Source of the DNA: Thermoplasmatota archaeon
GTDB taxonomy: Archaea > Thermoplasmatota > Thermoplasmata > UBA10834
Reading direction: 5' to 3'
Length of the DNA stretch: 64,000 nt
Assembly: GCA_040751795.1 (NCBI GenBank)
Contig: JBFMHR010000004.1
Location: 1 to 64,000 of the forward strand
Shown here piece after piece: positions 45,419 through 55,175 of the stretch (its first letter is position 1; each line of letters begins with the position of its first letter). The notes under the pieces were generated by a model. The model did no database searches. It saw nothing but the letters and a program-made list of their open reading frames with translations, and had not been told where the DNA came from. Both the position numbers and the translations under genes were made by a program.

Positions 45419-46576
45419 ACGATTCCCAGGGAGAAGATACTCGGCGCCCTCGAGGGGTACGACCTCTCGAAGGCCAAGATCGGCATGGTGGCGTCGCACT
45501 CCGCGCTCGACGTCTGCGACGGGGCGGTCGAGGAGGGCTTCAGGACCCTCGGGATATGCCAGGAGGGACGCGAGAGGACCTACGCCAGGTACTTCAGGTG
45601 CCAGCGGGACGCGAGGGGGAAGGCCATCAGGGGCGTCGTGGACGAGTGCTGGACGCTGAAGAAGTTCAAGGAGCTGATGACGCCCGAGTACCAGGCCCGG
45701 CTGAGGAGGGAGAACGTCCTCTTCGTGCCCAACCGGTCCTTCACCTCCTATGTCCCGCTCAAGGAGATCGAGGAGGACTTCGCCGTCCCGCTGGTCGGGA
45801 CCAGGGGGCTCCTCAGGAGCGAGGAGCGCGGGGAGGACCGCGACTACTACTGGCTCCTCGAGAAGGCGGGCCTGCCGTTCCCGAAGAGGGTCGAGGACCC
45901 CAAGGACATAGACCGGCTCGTGATAGTCAAGCTCCACCACAAGATCAAGAAGCTCGAACGGGGCTTCTTCACCGCCGCCTCGTTCCAGGAGTACAGGGAG
46001 AAGTCGCGGCAGCTGATATTCAACAACGTCATAACCGAGGAGGACCTCAAGGAGGCGAGGATAGAGGAGTACGTCATCGGCCCGGTCTTCAACCTCGACT
46101 TCTTCTACTCCCCGTTGGAGTCGAAGATGGAGCGGATAGAGCTCATAGGGGTGGACTGGAGGTTCGAGACCTCCCTCGACGGGCACGTCCGCCTCCCCGC
46201 GCCGCAGCAGATGACCCTCCATGGGGCGCAGGCGACCCCGGAGTACACCGTGTGCGGGCACAACTCCGCCACCATGAGGGAGTCCCTGATCGAGGGGGCC
46301 TTCGACCTGGCGGAGAAGTACGTGAAGGCGACGCAGGAGCACTACGCCCCGGGGATCATAGGGCCCTTCTGCCTGCAGACCTGCGTCGACAAGGACCTCA
46401 GGTTCCACATATACGACGTCGCCCCGAGGGTCGGAGGGGGAACCAACGTGCACATGTGGGTCGGCCACCCCTACGGGAACACGACTTGGCGCACCAACAT
46501 GAGCACGGGCAGGCGCTTGGCGGCCGAGGTCCGCCGGGCGGTGGAGACGGACCAGGTCGACAGGATAGTCACTTAG
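45419..46576 (+). CDS. purP: PurP-family AICAR formate ligase (probable ACG start)
   Basis: SHSALD..DGA..EGF, FVPNRSF, LLRSEER, ERGFF, IEEY.IGP, ESL, GPF.LQ, DVAPR.GGGTN. Confidence 0.93.
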   Translation, partial: TIPREKILGALEGYDLSKAKIGMVASHSALDVCDGAVEEGFRTLGICQEGRERTYARYFRCQRDARGKAIRGVVDECWTLKKFKELMTPEYQARLRRENVLFVPNRSFTSYVPLKEIEEDFAVPLVGTRGLLRSEERGEDRDYYWLLEKAGLPFPKRVEDPKDIDRLVIVKLHHKIKKLERGFFTAASFQEYREKSRQLIFNNVITEEDLKEARIEEYVIGPVFNLDFFYSPLESKMERIELIGVDWRFETSLDGHVRLPAPQQMTLHGAQATPEYTVCGHNSATMRESLIEGAFDLAEKYVKATQEHYAPGIIGPFCLQTCVDKDLRFHIYDVAPRVGGGTNVHMWVGHPYGNTTWRTNMSTGRRLAAEVRRAVETDQVDRIVT

Positions 46577-46604
46577 GCGCCGAAGGCCTGGCAGGGCCTG
46601 CTGG

Positions 46605-46626
46605 CCGGGCCCCGGAAGGGGCCCGG
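46605..46626 (+). terminator. GNRA-capped GC hairpin downstream of purP
   Basis: CCGGGCCCC-GGAA-GGGGCCCGG perfect 9-bp stem. Confidence 0.5.
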
Positions 46627-46728
46627 GGAATCCCTAAAGCTTATAAAGGGGCAATCTATTCGCCGGAGTACCTTTCTCAAAGAGGGGGTCCGTTGCTTTC
46701 GGTTCCCAGGAGAGGGAGGGGACATTGG

Positions 46729-49700
46729 ATGAAGACAGGCGCAATGAGTAAGCTATCAGCCGCCCTCATCGTACTGGTGATGGCGTTGTCCGCCATGGTG
46801 GCGCTCCCGACTATGAGCGTCAACGCAGCGGACGGGACGAACGACATAAGCCTACTGGTTCTGGACGCATCGAACGGTGCAACCGTCGAGACCGCGACTG
46901 TCACCCTCATCAACCTGTACACCGGGGAGGTAATCGACGCCCCATACTCATCCGGGATGTACGTCGCATCCGAGCCCCAGCCCGGGGTATACAGGGTTGA
47001 GGTGACGGACGACGACTACTACGACAAGATCGACGCCGTGCCACAGGGCATATCCTTCAGCGGGCTCGCCCCCTACGCGGGCGACCCGATAGACCTGGAC
47101 CCGCTGCCGCCCAAGGTGTACACGTGGAACGTCACCGTCGAGAACTCGCTCGGGCAGCCCCTCTCGGGCGCCACCGTCGGCTTCTACGACGACAGCAGCC
47201 GCGAGGCGGTCTCGAAGGCGGTCACGAACTCCGAGGGCTGGGCCCTCGTGGACATGTTCAGCGTGCCCGCGCTCACCGACATCTACCTGTTCGCCAGCAA
47301 GGACAACTACGAGACGTACGTGGACCCGGTCACGGTGGTCGCGGACGCGACCCCGACCGTGGCCCTCTCGTCCGCCAAGATCGTCAGGGGCCTCGTCAAG
47401 GACGCCGACGGGTACCTCGCGACCAACACCGTGGCATACCTCGTCAACGACGACACGACGGTCCCGTGGGTCAAGAGGGTCCTGAGGAGCGACCTCGGCG
47501 GCGGCTCGTACGTGCTGTACGGGTACGAGGGCGAGTTCACCCTGTCCGTGGACGCGGACGGCCTCAAGGCCGAGTTCAGGGACATATCGATCACGCCATC
47601 CACGACCTACCAGTTCGTCGACCTGACCCTGGAGGCGCAGACCCAGAGGACCGAGTCCGTCGCGATCGACTACGGCGCGGACATGAACTCGTTCGGGTTC
47701 ACCTCCGAGACCGTCTGGTCCTTCGACGACAAGGTCCCGGGGATGCCCTACGCCGACGCGGGCAGCCTCAGGATGCAGATCGACCTCAACTCCGCGACGT
47801 GCGACGGCACGGTCGACGCGGTCGAGGCGGGCCTCTTCGAGGCGACCCTCGCCGACTACGGCCCGGAGTACGTCTCGAGCGCAAGGCTCCTGACGGTCAA
47901 CGACACCGTCTACTCGTGCTCCGGCTCGTTCGGCCTGTTCACCCTCGGCTCCGTCGAGGGCGCGGTCTCGCTCGAGACGGGCGTGCAGTTCGACTACACG
48001 GCGGCATACTCGTCGGTCGACGCCATAGACGTGGGCGCGCCCGAGTACTCCGCCGACGCGTTCGTCAAGTACGACGACCCGTCCGTGGACTACGTGTTCG
48101 CGGTCGCCCTGCCCGCCTCGTACGAGATGGTCGCCAACTCGACCGGGGGCGCCGACAGCCACGTGAACTCGACCGGCTTCACCACCGTGACGCTGGACCC
48201 GCAGGAGTACGTGGGCGGCCCAGAGCACGTCTCGATGACCATCGAGGCCTCCGAGGGCCCGTCCGCGGGCGCGGGGGTCGTCGAGTCCGAGCACGTGTAC
48301 GCGGTCACCAACGAGACGGGGGTCGTCCTGAGCTACATCGTCGCCGTCAACGAGGAGGTCAACTTCACCGCCGTCGACTCCATGGACCCGAACGGCAACC
48401 CGCTCCAGTTCACATGGGACTTCGGGGACGGGACGCCGGACGTGACGACCTTCAACGTGACCTGCCCGCACACCTACCTGTCCGCCTCCGCTGCGAGGAC
48501 GGTCAACCTGACCGTCACCGACATGGGCGGCCTCGTCAACTGGACCGAGATAGAGGTCATGTGCGACGTCAGGGGCCCGGTGCCCGTCATAACGGTCAAG
48601 GAGCTGACGGTCAACGCCACCTCGGGCATGCTCGAGGTCGACCAGGGCGAGCTCGTCTGGTTCAACGCGAGCGGGTCGAGCGACGACGCGGTCAGCGCGG
48701 ACGACAGCCTCGGCACCATACAGTTCTTCGAGTTCCTCTACGGCGAGGGCAACAGCTCCGGCCGCGTCTACACCACGGAGGACCAGCAGAACGTCTCCTA
48801 CTCCTGGGAGGACGCGGGCGAGTACACCCTCACCCTGAACGTGACCGACGCGGTCGGCCACTGGAAGAACACGACCCTGGTGGTCAAGGTCAACGACACG
48901 GAGGCGCCCTCCGCCTCGTTCATCGTAAAGAACGAGACCTGGGGCACGAGCCTCGTCGAGGGCATGGCCCTGGTGTTCGACGCCAACGCGACGAAGGACA
49001 ACCTGGACAACAAGTCCGCCATGTACTTCTCGTGGTACTTCAACGACGACAAGGGCGAGGACTCCTGGCTCAACGGCACCGGCCTGTGGAACGTGACGCA
49101 CGTCTTCGACACCGCCGACAGCTACGCCGTCAGGGTCAACGTGACCGACACCGAGGGCAACTGGAACGGCTACACCAAGACGGTGACGGTCGTCTCCGGC
49201 CCGAGGCCCAACCTGATCATCGACGACGTGTACTTCGACCCCGAGGAGTTCACCGAGGGAGCGACCGGCCTGATCAAGGTCAACCTGACCAACAAGGGGA
49301 CCGCCGCGGCCACCGAGGTCGTCCTCAAGTTCTACATCGAGAACGCCGACGGCACCGAGGACCTCCTCGGGACCTGGACGGTCGTGCTGAACGGGACGAC
49401 AGGGGCCGAGACCACCAGCGTCGCCAAGGGCGGCACCGCGAGGGTCGAGTTCCCGTACAAGTTCAGCAGCCCCGGCACCTACACGGTCAGGGTCAACGTG
49501 ACCTGCGCCGACCAGCTCGTGGTCGACGAGGACGTCGGGAGCGTGACGGTGAAGGAGGCGGGCTGGAAGAAGATCGCCCTCTGGGGCGGCGTCCTCGGGG
49601 TAATGGTCCTCGTGCCGCTGCTGATCTACGTGCGCGGCAGGTGGTCCAAGCGCGAGAGGAAGGGCCCGAGGCGCGAGAAGCCCGAGAAGCAGGAGAAGGC

Positions 49701-49770
49701 CGACAGGAAGGCCGAGAAGGCGGAGAGGGCCGAGAGGTTCGAGAAGCCCGAGAAGGACGAGGACCTCTGA
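46729..49770 (+). CDS. Large cell-surface glycoprotein (carboxypeptidase-regulatory-like, PKD and CARDB-like domains, C-terminal TM)
   Basis: Signal peptide; G.P..GATV repeats; WDFGDG/HTY PKD motifs; RPNL CARDB-like domain; many N-x-S/T sequons; TM plus charged tail. Confidence 0.85.
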   Translation: MKTGAMSKLSAALIVLVMALSAMVALPTMSVNAADGTNDISLLVLDASNGATVETATVTLINLYTGEVIDAPYSSGMYVASEPQPGVYRVEVTDDDYYDKIDAVPQGISFSGLAPYAGDPIDLDPLPPKVYTWNVTVENSLGQPLSGATVGFYDDSSREAVSKAVTNSEGWALVDMFSVPALTDIYLFASKDNYETYVDPVTVVADATPTVALSSAKIVRGLVKDADGYLATNTVAYLVNDDTTVPWVKRVLRSDLGGGSYVLYGYEGEFTLSVDADGLKAEFRDISITPSTTYQFVDLTLEAQTQRTESVAIDYGADMNSFGFTSETVWSFDDKVPGMPYADAGSLRMQIDLNSATCDGTVDAVEAGLFEATLADYGPEYVSSARLLTVNDTVYSCSGSFGLFTLGSVEGAVSLETGVQFDYTAAYSSVDAIDVGAPEYSADAFVKYDDPSVDYVFAVALPASYEMVANSTGGADSHVNSTGFTTVTLDPQEYVGGPEHVSMTIEASEGPSAGAGVVESEHVYAVTNETGVVLSYIVAVNEEVNFTAVDSMDPNGNPLQFTWDFGDGTPDVTTFNVTCPHTYLSASAARTVNLTVTDMGGLVNWTEIEVMCDVRGPVPVITVKELTVNATSGMLEVDQGELVWFNASGSSDDAVSADDSLGTIQFFEFLYGEGNSSGRVYTTEDQQNVSYSWEDAGEYTLTLNVTDAVGHWKNTTLVVKVNDTEAPSASFIVKNETWGTSLVEGMALVFDANATKDNLDNKSAMYFSWYFNDDKGEDSWLNGTGLWNVTHVFDTADSYAVRVNVTDTEGNWNGYTKTVTVVSGPRPNLIIDDVYFDPEEFTEGATGLIKVNLTNKGTAAATEVVLKFYIENADGTEDLLGTWTVVLNGTTGAETTSVAKGGTARVEFPYKFSSPGTYTVRVNVTCADQLVVDEDVGSVTVKEAGWKKIALWGGVLGVMVLVPLLIYVRGRWSKRERKGPRREKPEKQEKADRKAEKAERAERFEKPEKDEDL

Positions 49771-49827
49771 GCCCCCCTAGACCTGCCAAACCTCTTAACG
49801 CCCCTTTTCATTCTCTCATGCGCTAGC

Positions 49828-50565
49828 ATGGGCGACGTTTGGCGCCTCCTTGACAGCGGCACCGTGCCGCCTGCCGTGTCGGCAGCGTTGGACGAGGCGG
49901 TGCTGGAGGCCCATTCCAGGGGCTCCGTGCCCGACACCCTCCACTTCTACGTCCGGTCGTCGCCGACCGTGTCGGTGGGGTACTTCCAGGGGGTGGGAGA
50001 GAGCGTGGACCTGGAAGCGTGCGGGCGGCACGGGGTGCACGTCGTGCGCCGCGGCTCGGGCGGGAGCACGATATACACCGACCCTGGGCAGCTGATCTAC
50101 GGCCTGGTCGTGCGCTCCGACGAGCTGCCGCCAACGCCCGATGCCTCCTTCGCCCTCGTGTGCGGCGCCGTGGCGAGGGCCGTGTCCTCGTTCGGCGTCG
50201 AGGCGAGGCACAGGCCCGTGAACGACGTCGAGGTGGGCGGGAGGAAGGTCTCGGGCAGCGCGCAGCTGAGGCGCCGCGGCTCGGTCCTGCAGCACGGCAC
50301 GATCATCCTGGACACCGACCTCGCGGCGATGGACGCGGTACTCAGGGGCGGCGGTCGGAGGCCGTCGGAGAGGGTCGCCACGCTCGCATCCCTCCTCGGG
50401 CGCGCGCCCGACATGGAAGAGATGAAGCGGAGGGTGAGGAACGAGGTGGGCCGGGCCTTCGGGGCGGCCATCGAGGAGGGCTGCCTCACGGACGCGGAGA
50501 GGGCGGACGTGGAGCGCCTGGTGGCGGAGCGGTACTCGAGGGACGAGTGGAACCTGAGGCTGTAG
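49828..50565 (+). CDS. Lipoate-protein ligase family catalytic domain
   Basis: ALDEA, VRR.SGG.TIY.D, ND...GRKVSGSAQ, QHGT. Confidence 0.9.
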   Translation: MGDVWRLLDSGTVPPAVSAALDEAVLEAHSRGSVPDTLHFYVRSSPTVSVGYFQGVGESVDLEACGRHGVHVVRRGSGGSTIYTDPGQLIYGLVVRSDELPPTPDASFALVCGAVARAVSSFGVEARHRPVNDVEVGGRKVSGSAQLRRRGSVLQHGTIILDTDLAAMDAVLRGGGRRPSERVATLASLLGRAPDMEEMKRRVRNEVGRAFGAAIEEGCLTDAERADVERLVAERYSRDEWNLRL

Positions 50566-50567
50566 GC

Positions 50568-52286
50568 CTACATCTCCTCCGGCGCTTCCATCCCCAGGCA
50601 CGAGAGGGCGTTCCTGAGGGCCCACATGCTCGCCTCGACCAGGGCCAGGCGCGCGGCGAGGGCGTCCCCCTCGGCCTTCAGCACCGGCACGTACCTGTAG
50701 AACTGGTTGAACTGGGCGGCGAGGTCCTGGGCGTACGCCGCCAGGGTGTGCGCGCGCCTGTTCTCGGCGCACTCATCGACCACGGACGGGAAGCCGGCGA
50801 TGAGCTTCGCAAGGGCCTTCTCGTGGTCCGTCGCGAGCCTCCGCGCGTCGAACCCGCCCGTGCGCGCACCCGCCTTCTTCAGTATCGAGCACGCCCGTGC
50901 GTGCGCGTACTGGACGAACGGGGCGCTCGCCCCCTCGAAGTTGAGGGCGTCCTCCCATTTGAAAACGATCTGCTTCTCGGCCTGGATCCTTATGATGTTG
51001 TACCTGAGGGCCCCGACGCCCACGACGCGCGCGATCTCCCTCATCCTCTCCTCGGACAGGTCGGTCCTGCGCTTCCTGACCTCGTCGTACGCCCGGTCCA
51101 CGGCCTCGTCGATGAGGTCGTCGATGTAGACCACCCTCCCCTTGCGGGTGGACATCTTCCCCTCGGGCAGCGACACGAAGGCGTAGAAGACTATCTCGGG
51201 CTTCTTCTCCACGCCCATGATCGTCAGGGCGGCCGCGAGCTCCTGCATCCCCAGCTTCTGGTCCTCGCCGAGGACGTTGATCGCGACGTCCGTCCTGGTG
51301 AACTTGTCCATGTGGTACGCGAGGTCCCTGGTGGTGTAGAGCGATGTGCCGTCCGCCCTGGTGAAGACCCACTTGGTCTCCCTGCCGGTTATGCCGAAGC
51401 TCTCGAGCTCGAGGTGGAACGCCCCGTCGGCCTCCCTGCTGTGCTCCGATTCCTTCAGCCTCTCGATGATGCGGTCCACGGAGCCGTCCTGGACGAACCT
51501 GGACTCCCATGTGAAGCCGTCGTATGAGATGTTGATCCTGCCCATGCTCGCCACTATCGCTGCGAGCACCTTCTCGCAAGACTCCCTCGCGAGCCGGACC
51601 GTCTCCCCGTCCCCGTGCTCGAGCTTGAGGAGCATCTCGTCGACCTGGCCCACTAGTTCCGGGTCCTCCTCGAGGCGCCTGTTGGCCTGCTGGTAGTAGA
51701 GCACGTGCCTGAAGTGGTCCTCGTCCCTCTCCGGCTCCCGGTCCAGCTCGAGGTGCTTGACCCCCCAGGCCATCACGATCACCTGGCGGCCCACGTCGTT
51801 GACGTAGAACTCCGTCGTCACGTCGTAGCCGGCCATCCTGAGTATCCTCGCGATGGTGTCGCCGATGATCGGGTTCCTGGCCCTGCCCACGTGGAGCGGC
51901 CCGGTCGGGTTGGCGCTGGTATGCTCCAGGAGTATCTTGACGCCCTTCGGTTCGCCCGCCCCGAACCTGTCCTTGCGTGCGACGGCGTCCTCGAGCGAGG
52001 CCTGGGCGAGGTCCTCGAACCTCACATGGAAGTTGACGTAGCCGCCCTTGGCCTCTACGCGCTCGACCATGCCCTCGGGGACGATCCTGGCGGCGAGCTC
52101 CTGGGCTATGGCGTTCGGGGCCTTGCGCAGCTGCTTCGCCAGCGGGAAGCAGGGGAACGCGAGGTCGCCCATCCCCTCGGGGGGCCGGTCCAGGGCCGGC
52201 TCCGCCCGGACGCCGAGCTCGGCCAGCGCCCTGGAGAGGGTCTGGGAGGCCTGCGCCCTGAAGGTCTTGAACGGGTCCTGCGCCAT
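50568..52286 (-). CDS. argS: Arginine--tRNA ligase
   Basis: EHTSANPTGPLHVG, VND.G.Q, Y.TRDLAY, KMSTRKG, QYAHAR. Confidence 0.98.
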   Translation of the reverse strand: MAQDPFKTFRAQASQTLSRALAELGVRAEPALDRPPEGMGDLAFPCFPLAKQLRKAPNAIAQELAARIVPEGMVERVEAKGGYVNFHVRFEDLAQASLEDAVARKDRFGAGEPKGVKILLEHTSANPTGPLHVGRARNPIIGDTIARILRMAGYDVTTEFYVNDVGRQVIVMAWGVKHLELDREPERDEDHFRHVLYYQQANRRLEEDPELVGQVDEMLLKLEHGDGETVRLARESCEKVLAAIVASMGRINISYDGFTWESRFVQDGSVDRIIERLKESEHSREADGAFHLELESFGITGRETKWVFTRADGTSLYTTRDLAYHMDKFTRTDVAINVLGEDQKLGMQELAAALTIMGVEKKPEIVFYAFVSLPEGKMSTRKGRVVYIDDLIDEAVDRAYDEVRKRRTDLSEERMREIARVVGVGALRYNIIRIQAEKQIVFKWEDALNFEGASAPFVQYAHARACSILKKAGARTGGFDARRLATDHEKALAKLIAGFPSVVDECAENRRAHTLAAYAQDLAAQFNQFYRYVPVLKAEGDALAARLALVEASMWALRNALSCLGMEAPEEM

Positions 52287-52290
52287 GTCC

Positions 52291-53514
52291 TCAATTCACC
52301 CTGAAGCGTAGTATGCCTGCGATGCCGCCGAAGGCCTTCTTCAGCAGCTCGCCCTCCTCGGATTCACCTGATATGAATTCAACCTTCGTGTTGTTGTCTT
52401 CGGCGACCTTGTGGAGGTCCCCGACCAGGTCGTGGACCTGCTCTACGTCCATGATCGCCTGGCACTTGTCGCACTTGAACTCCTCGGTCGAGTCCTTGGC
52501 GGTCCCCTCCTTGGTGTAGCCGCACGAGGGGCACTTGAGGTCCAGCTTGACCTTCCTCATGTCCTCGGAGAGGAGGAGCTTGTCCACCGCCCCTATCATG
52601 AGGGCGTCCCTCACCTGCTCCTCTCCGTATATCGAGAGGCCGCCGTCGGGCTTCCTGATCTCCTCGAAGAGCCTCTGCATCAGGTCCTTCTCCCTCATTA
52701 GGTCGATGTCCCTGAGCGCCTCCCTGGCCTTCTCGACCAGCTCCCTGAGCCCGTACTCGTCCGTGTAGCCGACGTCGAAGGTGTCGATGATCAGCTTCTG
52801 GAGCTCGTAGTGGAGGTACTCGCTCTTCACGAAGTACTCCTTGGTCGGGCCCGGCCCACCCACGAGTATCCCCTTCAGGTTCTTCTGGAGGAAGGACTCG
52901 TTGACGAGGTCCGCCACCTTCTTGTAGAACTCGTGGGCTGCGATCTCTATGAGCCTCTCGAACCTGCGCGCCGACTGGCCGCCCCTGCCGTGCTTGCTGG
53001 GGACCAGGGACGGGATGTTCTTGACGGGCTCGATCCGCTTGCCGTGGAGCAGGCCGATGGTGGCCTCGCCCCGGTCGATGACGATGAGGCCGTAGGTGTC
53101 CTTGTGCTCGAGCATCTGCTCGATCGGCTCCGTGAAGAACCCGGAGTCGCATCGGTATATGAAGGTCTGGACCGGCTCCGGCGGCTCGAGCACGTACTGC
53201 ACCATCTGCGTCTGGTCGGCGGAGGTGGACCTGTGGCCGACGAAGAAGACGAGGCCGTTGTCCGGCGGGACCCGAAGCCCCTTGAGCCTCGCGAGTATCG
53301 AGGATATCGCCGACTGCACGTTCTTCCTCGTGCTCGCCGACTTTATGTTCGAGGACTGCGAGTACTCGTTCCTGAGGTAAGCCGCGACATCCGATATCTG
53401 TCTCGCCGGCGGTATGTACAGAGATATGAGCTCCGTGCCCCTCCCGGAGATCTTCCGGACCTCCTCGAGGCTCCGGCGGAACTCGTACTTCTGGAGCTCT
53501 GTGAGATCGGTCAT
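52291..53514 (-). CDS. prf1: Peptide chain release factor aRF1
   Basis: GTELISLY, NIKS, YRCD, GGQS, FGGI..ILR. Confidence 0.98.
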   Translation of the reverse strand: MTDLTELQKYEFRRSLEEVRKISGRGTELISLYIPPARQISDVAAYLRNEYSQSSNIKSASTRKNVQSAISSILARLKGLRVPPDNGLVFFVGHRSTSADQTQMVQYVLEPPEPVQTFIYRCDSGFFTEPIEQMLEHKDTYGLIVIDRGEATIGLLHGKRIEPVKNIPSLVPSKHGRGGQSARRFERLIEIAAHEFYKKVADLVNESFLQKNLKGILVGGPGPTKEYFVKSEYLHYELQKLIIDTFDVGYTDEYGLRELVEKAREALRDIDLMREKDLMQRLFEEIRKPDGGLSIYGEEQVRDALMIGAVDKLLLSEDMRKVKLDLKCPSCGYTKEGTAKDSTEEFKCDKCQAIMDVEQVHDLVGDLHKVAEDNNTKVEFISGESEEGELLKKAFGGIAGILRFRVN

Positions 53515-53579
53515 GGTGCAGTCCAGTCCGAAGCTTTTTGTACGGGTTAGAGCGTTCTTCGGTATAAAGGTTGACCACA

Positions 53580-54260
53580 ATGGACGTAGTAGTTTTATCG
53601 CTGGGTGGGTCGGTCCTGGTGAAGGACGAGGACCCGTCCGCGTACCTGGAGGAGCTCGCGAAGATGCTCGTGGAGGTGTCGTCCGCGACGAAGGTCTACG
53701 TGGTCACAGGCGGCGGCAGGATCGCGCGGTTCTACATCAGGGCGGGGAGGGCGCTCGGCGCCACGGAGCAGTACCTCGACCTGATGGGGATAGACGCGAC
53801 CCGCCTGAACGCGAGGCTCGTGATAGCGGCGCTGAAGGGCCTCGCGTGCCCCGAGCCCCCGAAGGACTACGACGAGGCGGTCCGCGCGGGCGCCTCCCAC
53901 CAGATAGTGGTCATGGGCGGCGTGACACCCGGCGTGACGACGGACGCGGTCTCGGCCAGGCTCGCCGAGAGGGTGAGGGCGACCAGGCTGGTCAACGCCA
54001 CCTCGGTGGACGGGGCGTACACCGCCGACCCGAAGAAGGACGTGTGCGCGAAGAGGATCCCACGGATGTCGCACGAGGAGCTGGTCAGGCTGGTCAGCGG
54101 GACGGCGAAGGGGGCCGGCCCCACGACCGTCTTCGACCCGGTCGGGGCGGAGGTCCTCGCCAGGACGCGGATCCCGCTGGTGATCGTCGACGGGCGCAGC
54201 ATGAAGAACCTGGGACTGGCCCTTGAGGGCAGGGAGTGCGTCGGGACAGTCGTCGGCTGA
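53580..54260 (+). CDS. pyrH: Uridylate kinase
   Basis: SLGGS, GGG..AR.YI, TR.NA, PG.TTDAV, TSVDG.Y..DP.K. Confidence 0.95.
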   Translation: MDVVVLSLGGSVLVKDEDPSAYLEELAKMLVEVSSATKVYVVTGGGRIARFYIRAGRALGATEQYLDLMGIDATRLNARLVIAALKGLACPEPPKDYDEAVRAGASHQIVVMGGVTPGVTTDAVSARLAERVRATRLVNATSVDGAYTADPKKDVCAKRIPRMSHEELVRLVSGTAKGAGPTTVFDPVGAEVLARTRIPLVIVDGRSMKNLGLALEGRECVGTVVG

Positions 54261-54265
54261 ACCGG

Positions 54266-55093
54266 TCACAGCGGCTCGAGGTCCTCGCTCCTGATCTCCT
54301 CTATGCCGAGGGACGAGAACCTCTCGCTGAGATCCCTGTGCTTCGGCTTGGGCATGCTCTTCTTGTGGAAGTAGACGAGATTCGCGCCGCCGCTCCTCTC
54401 GGACATCTGGACGATCATCTCGTCGGTGAGGGAGTCGAGCGCGTAGTTCGCGGCCATGTGGCCGATGGACGCCTTCCTGCCGAGGGCGATGTCCGTGAAA
54501 CGGGGCGCGTAGTGGCCCCCGCCTACGCCGAGCACCTTCGGGTGCCCTTCGTCCTTGACGGACAGTATCGACGAGGCGATCGCCTCGGCCGCGTCCTCCC
54601 TACCCCAGAGCTCCTCGTAGCTCCCGATCTCGATGTAGAAGACAGGGGCACCGAGGACCGGCCCGTGGTGCGTCGTCTCGAACGACACGTTGAACCCCAT
54701 CCCCTGCGCGTTGACGGCCAGGCTCCTCAGCGCGGAGGTCATGAGCCCCGGATTGGCCGGGCTCAGGGTCGATGGCCGGCCGCCGAAGTCCGCGGATGAG
54801 TAGTTGCCCACAGGGTGCACGGTCAGGGTCGGTATCCGCGACTCGGCCCTGTGCCTCGACGCGAAGATGACCACTTCCGGCCTCGTCCCTGAGGCCTTCT
54901 CGAACCTCTCGTCGATGAAGTCCTCGTCGAGGTGTATGCGGTCCACCTGGACCATCCGGAAGTCGCCGTGCGCCAGGACCGGGTGTGAGTCGAACGTCCC
55001 CGACTCCGTCCACGGTTCCTTCTCGAGGAGCCTCGCACGGATGTTCATGGAGGCGTTGTCCTCGGAGGAGGTGACTATCAGCTTCACGGACAC
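54266..55093 (-). CDS. dtdA: D-aminoacyl-tRNA deacylase (archaeal DtdA/GEK1)
   Basis: D.ASMN, SRH, LTVHP.GN, E.THHGP, IEIGS, GGGHYAP, GH. Confidence 0.93.
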   Translation of the reverse strand: MSVKLIVTSSEDNASMNIRARLLEKEPWTESGTFDSHPVLAHGDFRMVQVDRIHLDEDFIDERFEKASGTRPEVVIFASRHRAESRIPTLTVHPVGNYSSADFGGRPSTLSPANPGLMTSALRSLAVNAQGMGFNVSFETTHHGPVLGAPVFYIEIGSYEELWGREDAAEAIASSILSVKDEGHPKVLGVGGGHYAPRFTDIALGRKASIGHMAANYALDSLTDEMIVQMSERSGGANLVYFHKKSMPKPKHRDLSERFSSLGIEEIRSEDLEPL

Positions 55094-55175
55094 CGAACCG
55101 TCGAGGGGGCTGTTAACCCTTTCACCTCCGCCCTGTCGGAAATGCCTTATACCCATACCCGTCTTGTCAGAGGCG

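Noticed and set aside
46580-46630. CCGGAAGGG resembling SRP RNA helix 8
   Set aside because: It lacks the AGCA internal loop and the intergenic space is only about 150 nt; a simple hairpin explains it
45556-46728. N-terminal 391 codons of the 1404-aa ORF
   Set aside because: Off-frame shadow of purP; the surface protein starts at 46729 with its own promoter and signal peptide
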